Positions 36,708 through 38,627 of a DNA stretch of 38,627 nt are shown in pieces (position 1 is the first letter of the stretch; every line of letters starts with the position of its first letter). The notes under the pieces were generated by a model. It worked only from the letters and a program-made list of their open reading frames with translations. It was not told the DNA's origin and did not search any database. The translations under genes and the position numbers were made by a program. The DNA comes from Octopus bimaculoides. Taxonomy: Eukaryota. The DNA is taken from positions 55,840,522 through 55,879,148 of the forward strand of contig NC_068995.1 in the NCBI RefSeq assembly GCF_001194135.2, read 5' to 3'.

Positions 36708-36808
36708 TAAATAATAATAATGATATTAAAAAATTATTAATAATAATACTGATAATAATAATGTTGATGATGATGATGATAATAATAAAAAAAATAATAA
36801 TAATGATG

Positions 36809-36857
<49 letters not shown>

Positions 36858-37764
36858 GGAACTTTGGGACACCCGGTTCTTCGGCGTCTTTGTGTCTCCT
36901 CAGTCAAAGCTATCTCAAACCAATAAATCTAACAAGAGTTTGTGGCTTTTGTTTATATATTCAGCAAACACATTATTTGCTGATGCGTGTTAATTGTCTG
37001 CCAACCGATAATGAACCGCCATATACACAGTGAACAGTGAGAATCAAAAAAGATAACTTTCATATTCATTGTTAATAGGTTCCGGTAGCTCTTGCACGTG
37101 AATATGTTCTGAAGTCCCCTTGTGCTAATGAATCAAGTGCATTATGAGCGCGCATTCGTCTGAAAGGAGATGTTTTTCTTCAATCATACAACGATACAAT
37201 GCAAATCTCCAATATAACAGCGATTAGCAGAAATACGTTAGAATCTGCTTGAACGTATTAAGAATGAATAATGAAAGTCATCGTTTTGATTCTCGCTGTT
37301 CACTGTGCACATACATGTGGATCAGATTTATTCATATCAACGACGGGTATAGCTATGTCGACGATCGGGTTACTAACACCAAGTAGTTCCGAAAAATGAT
37401 GGAGAAGCGAATTAGTGGAGAAAGTTTGGGCAGGGGTTTCATGAAACCAACCGGTTCTGGGTATTATTATAGAAATAGCAAAGAAGACTAAGAGGGTAGA
37501 TAGGACACCAGTAAGACATATTTTTGGGGTGCGTTTGTGAGTGATTTCATGCCTGCCAGACGAGTGCCATGTCGCTGGCATGCCGTCTAGGATGTCTTTG
37601 TATGTGGAGCAGGGGCGCCGTCCTAGATGTGGGAGCAGTTTCCCACTGGGGTAAATTTCTTCTGAGTCTCGCCTAAGGTGAATGGGCGTCGGTTGGGGGT
37701 GGGTGAGCAGCGAAGGATTTTCTGGCTCCAGAAGAGAAAAGCTTGTCTCTGTGCTGCAATGTTT

Positions 37765-37857
37765 TAATGATATTGATGATGTTGATGATGATGATGACGA
37801 CGATGATGACGATGATGACGATGACAACGACGACGACGACGGCGACGACGACGATGA

Positions 37858-37898
<41 letters not shown>

Positions 37899-37940
37899 GA
37901 TGAAGATGATGACGACAACAACAAAGACGATGATGATGCT
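37765..37940. repeat. (GAT/GAC)n microsatellite
   Basis: Direct reading of the sequence. Confidence 0.9.
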
Positions 37941-38405
37941 GACATGGTGGATGCTCGTCGTCGTTGTCATGGTTGTCGTCGATCGTTGTATGTATTGTGA
38001 TGAAGCCGTTCAGTTTGCCGAGCTAGCAACCACCTGTTCAAGAAGTAAGCATACAGCAAAAAGAGACGAGAAGAGAAGAGACGTACTTGAGTGATTGAAG
38101 CACAAATATAAACCAGCTTCTCTCTTACAGGTGAAATCAATCCGAGACAATGACGTGACAAGGTTTGCGGTACGACATAAGCAAACAGACAAACTAATAT
38201 ATCAACGTTATTAGGCCTGTTAGGGTAATGTAAAAATGCACTTGTGTACACACAGGAGACAGTCGCGGGAGTCTATGTAATTGCCCAGGTAGACGCATAC
38301 ATTTAAGCATCACACGCAGGTACGGATGTGTGCGTATTTGTTCGGTTTTTGTGTATGTGTGTATGTGTGTGTGTAAACATCTGAGTAGCTAGGTGTGTGT
38401 GTATG

Positions 38406-38437
<32 letters not shown>

Positions 38438-38525
38438 CCGAACCTTATATTTTATGGAAGAGCATAGGCATATGTACACACATAAAAATCACTTGTACAT
38501 GAGTACAAACGCACACATACACACA

Positions 38526-38560
<35 letters not shown>

Positions 38561-38627
38561 GCATACATATATACATACACACACACATAAACATGTAGAC
38601 AAACATATATATATATATATATATATA

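Noticed and set aside
36964-37033. Acceptor-like tatattcag| giving QTHYLLMRVN... as GRL-B exon 4
   Set aside because: No G...TY...QF pattern and no transmembrane helix.
38131-38214. Strong acceptor (cttctctcttacag|) as a candidate GRL-B exon 4
   Set aside because: In phase 0 it reads VKSIRDNDVTRFAVRHKQTDKLIYQRY*, which is hydrophilic and has no TY.....QF motif.

Overview
AT-rich, microsatellite-dense eukaryotic genomic window with several N gaps. The interspersed SINE families look like those of octopus/cephalopod genomes (inference from recognition, no search run). Most ORFs in the supplied track are artefacts of simple repeats or gaps. By manual splicing I find three real genes. (1) The last two coding exons of a small plus-strand PDZ protein of PDLIM/Zasp type (8051-8199, 10762-10840). 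(2) A complete 4-exon, 441-aa gustatory-receptor-like (GRL, 7TM ion-channel superfamily) gene on the minus strand (22408-21365, 20262-20194, 17827-17738, 14899-14777), with the TYxxxxxQF TM7 motif. (3) A divergently transcribed paralogous GRL on the plus strand (30111-31184, 34373-34441, 36325-36414), whose last exon is probably beyond the window. Both GRLs have phase-0 C-terminal introns and identical 69-nt and 90-nt internal exons. The remainder is tRNA-derived SINEs, RTE-LINE relics, a probable hAT MITE, a 22-bp minisatellite and microsatellites.
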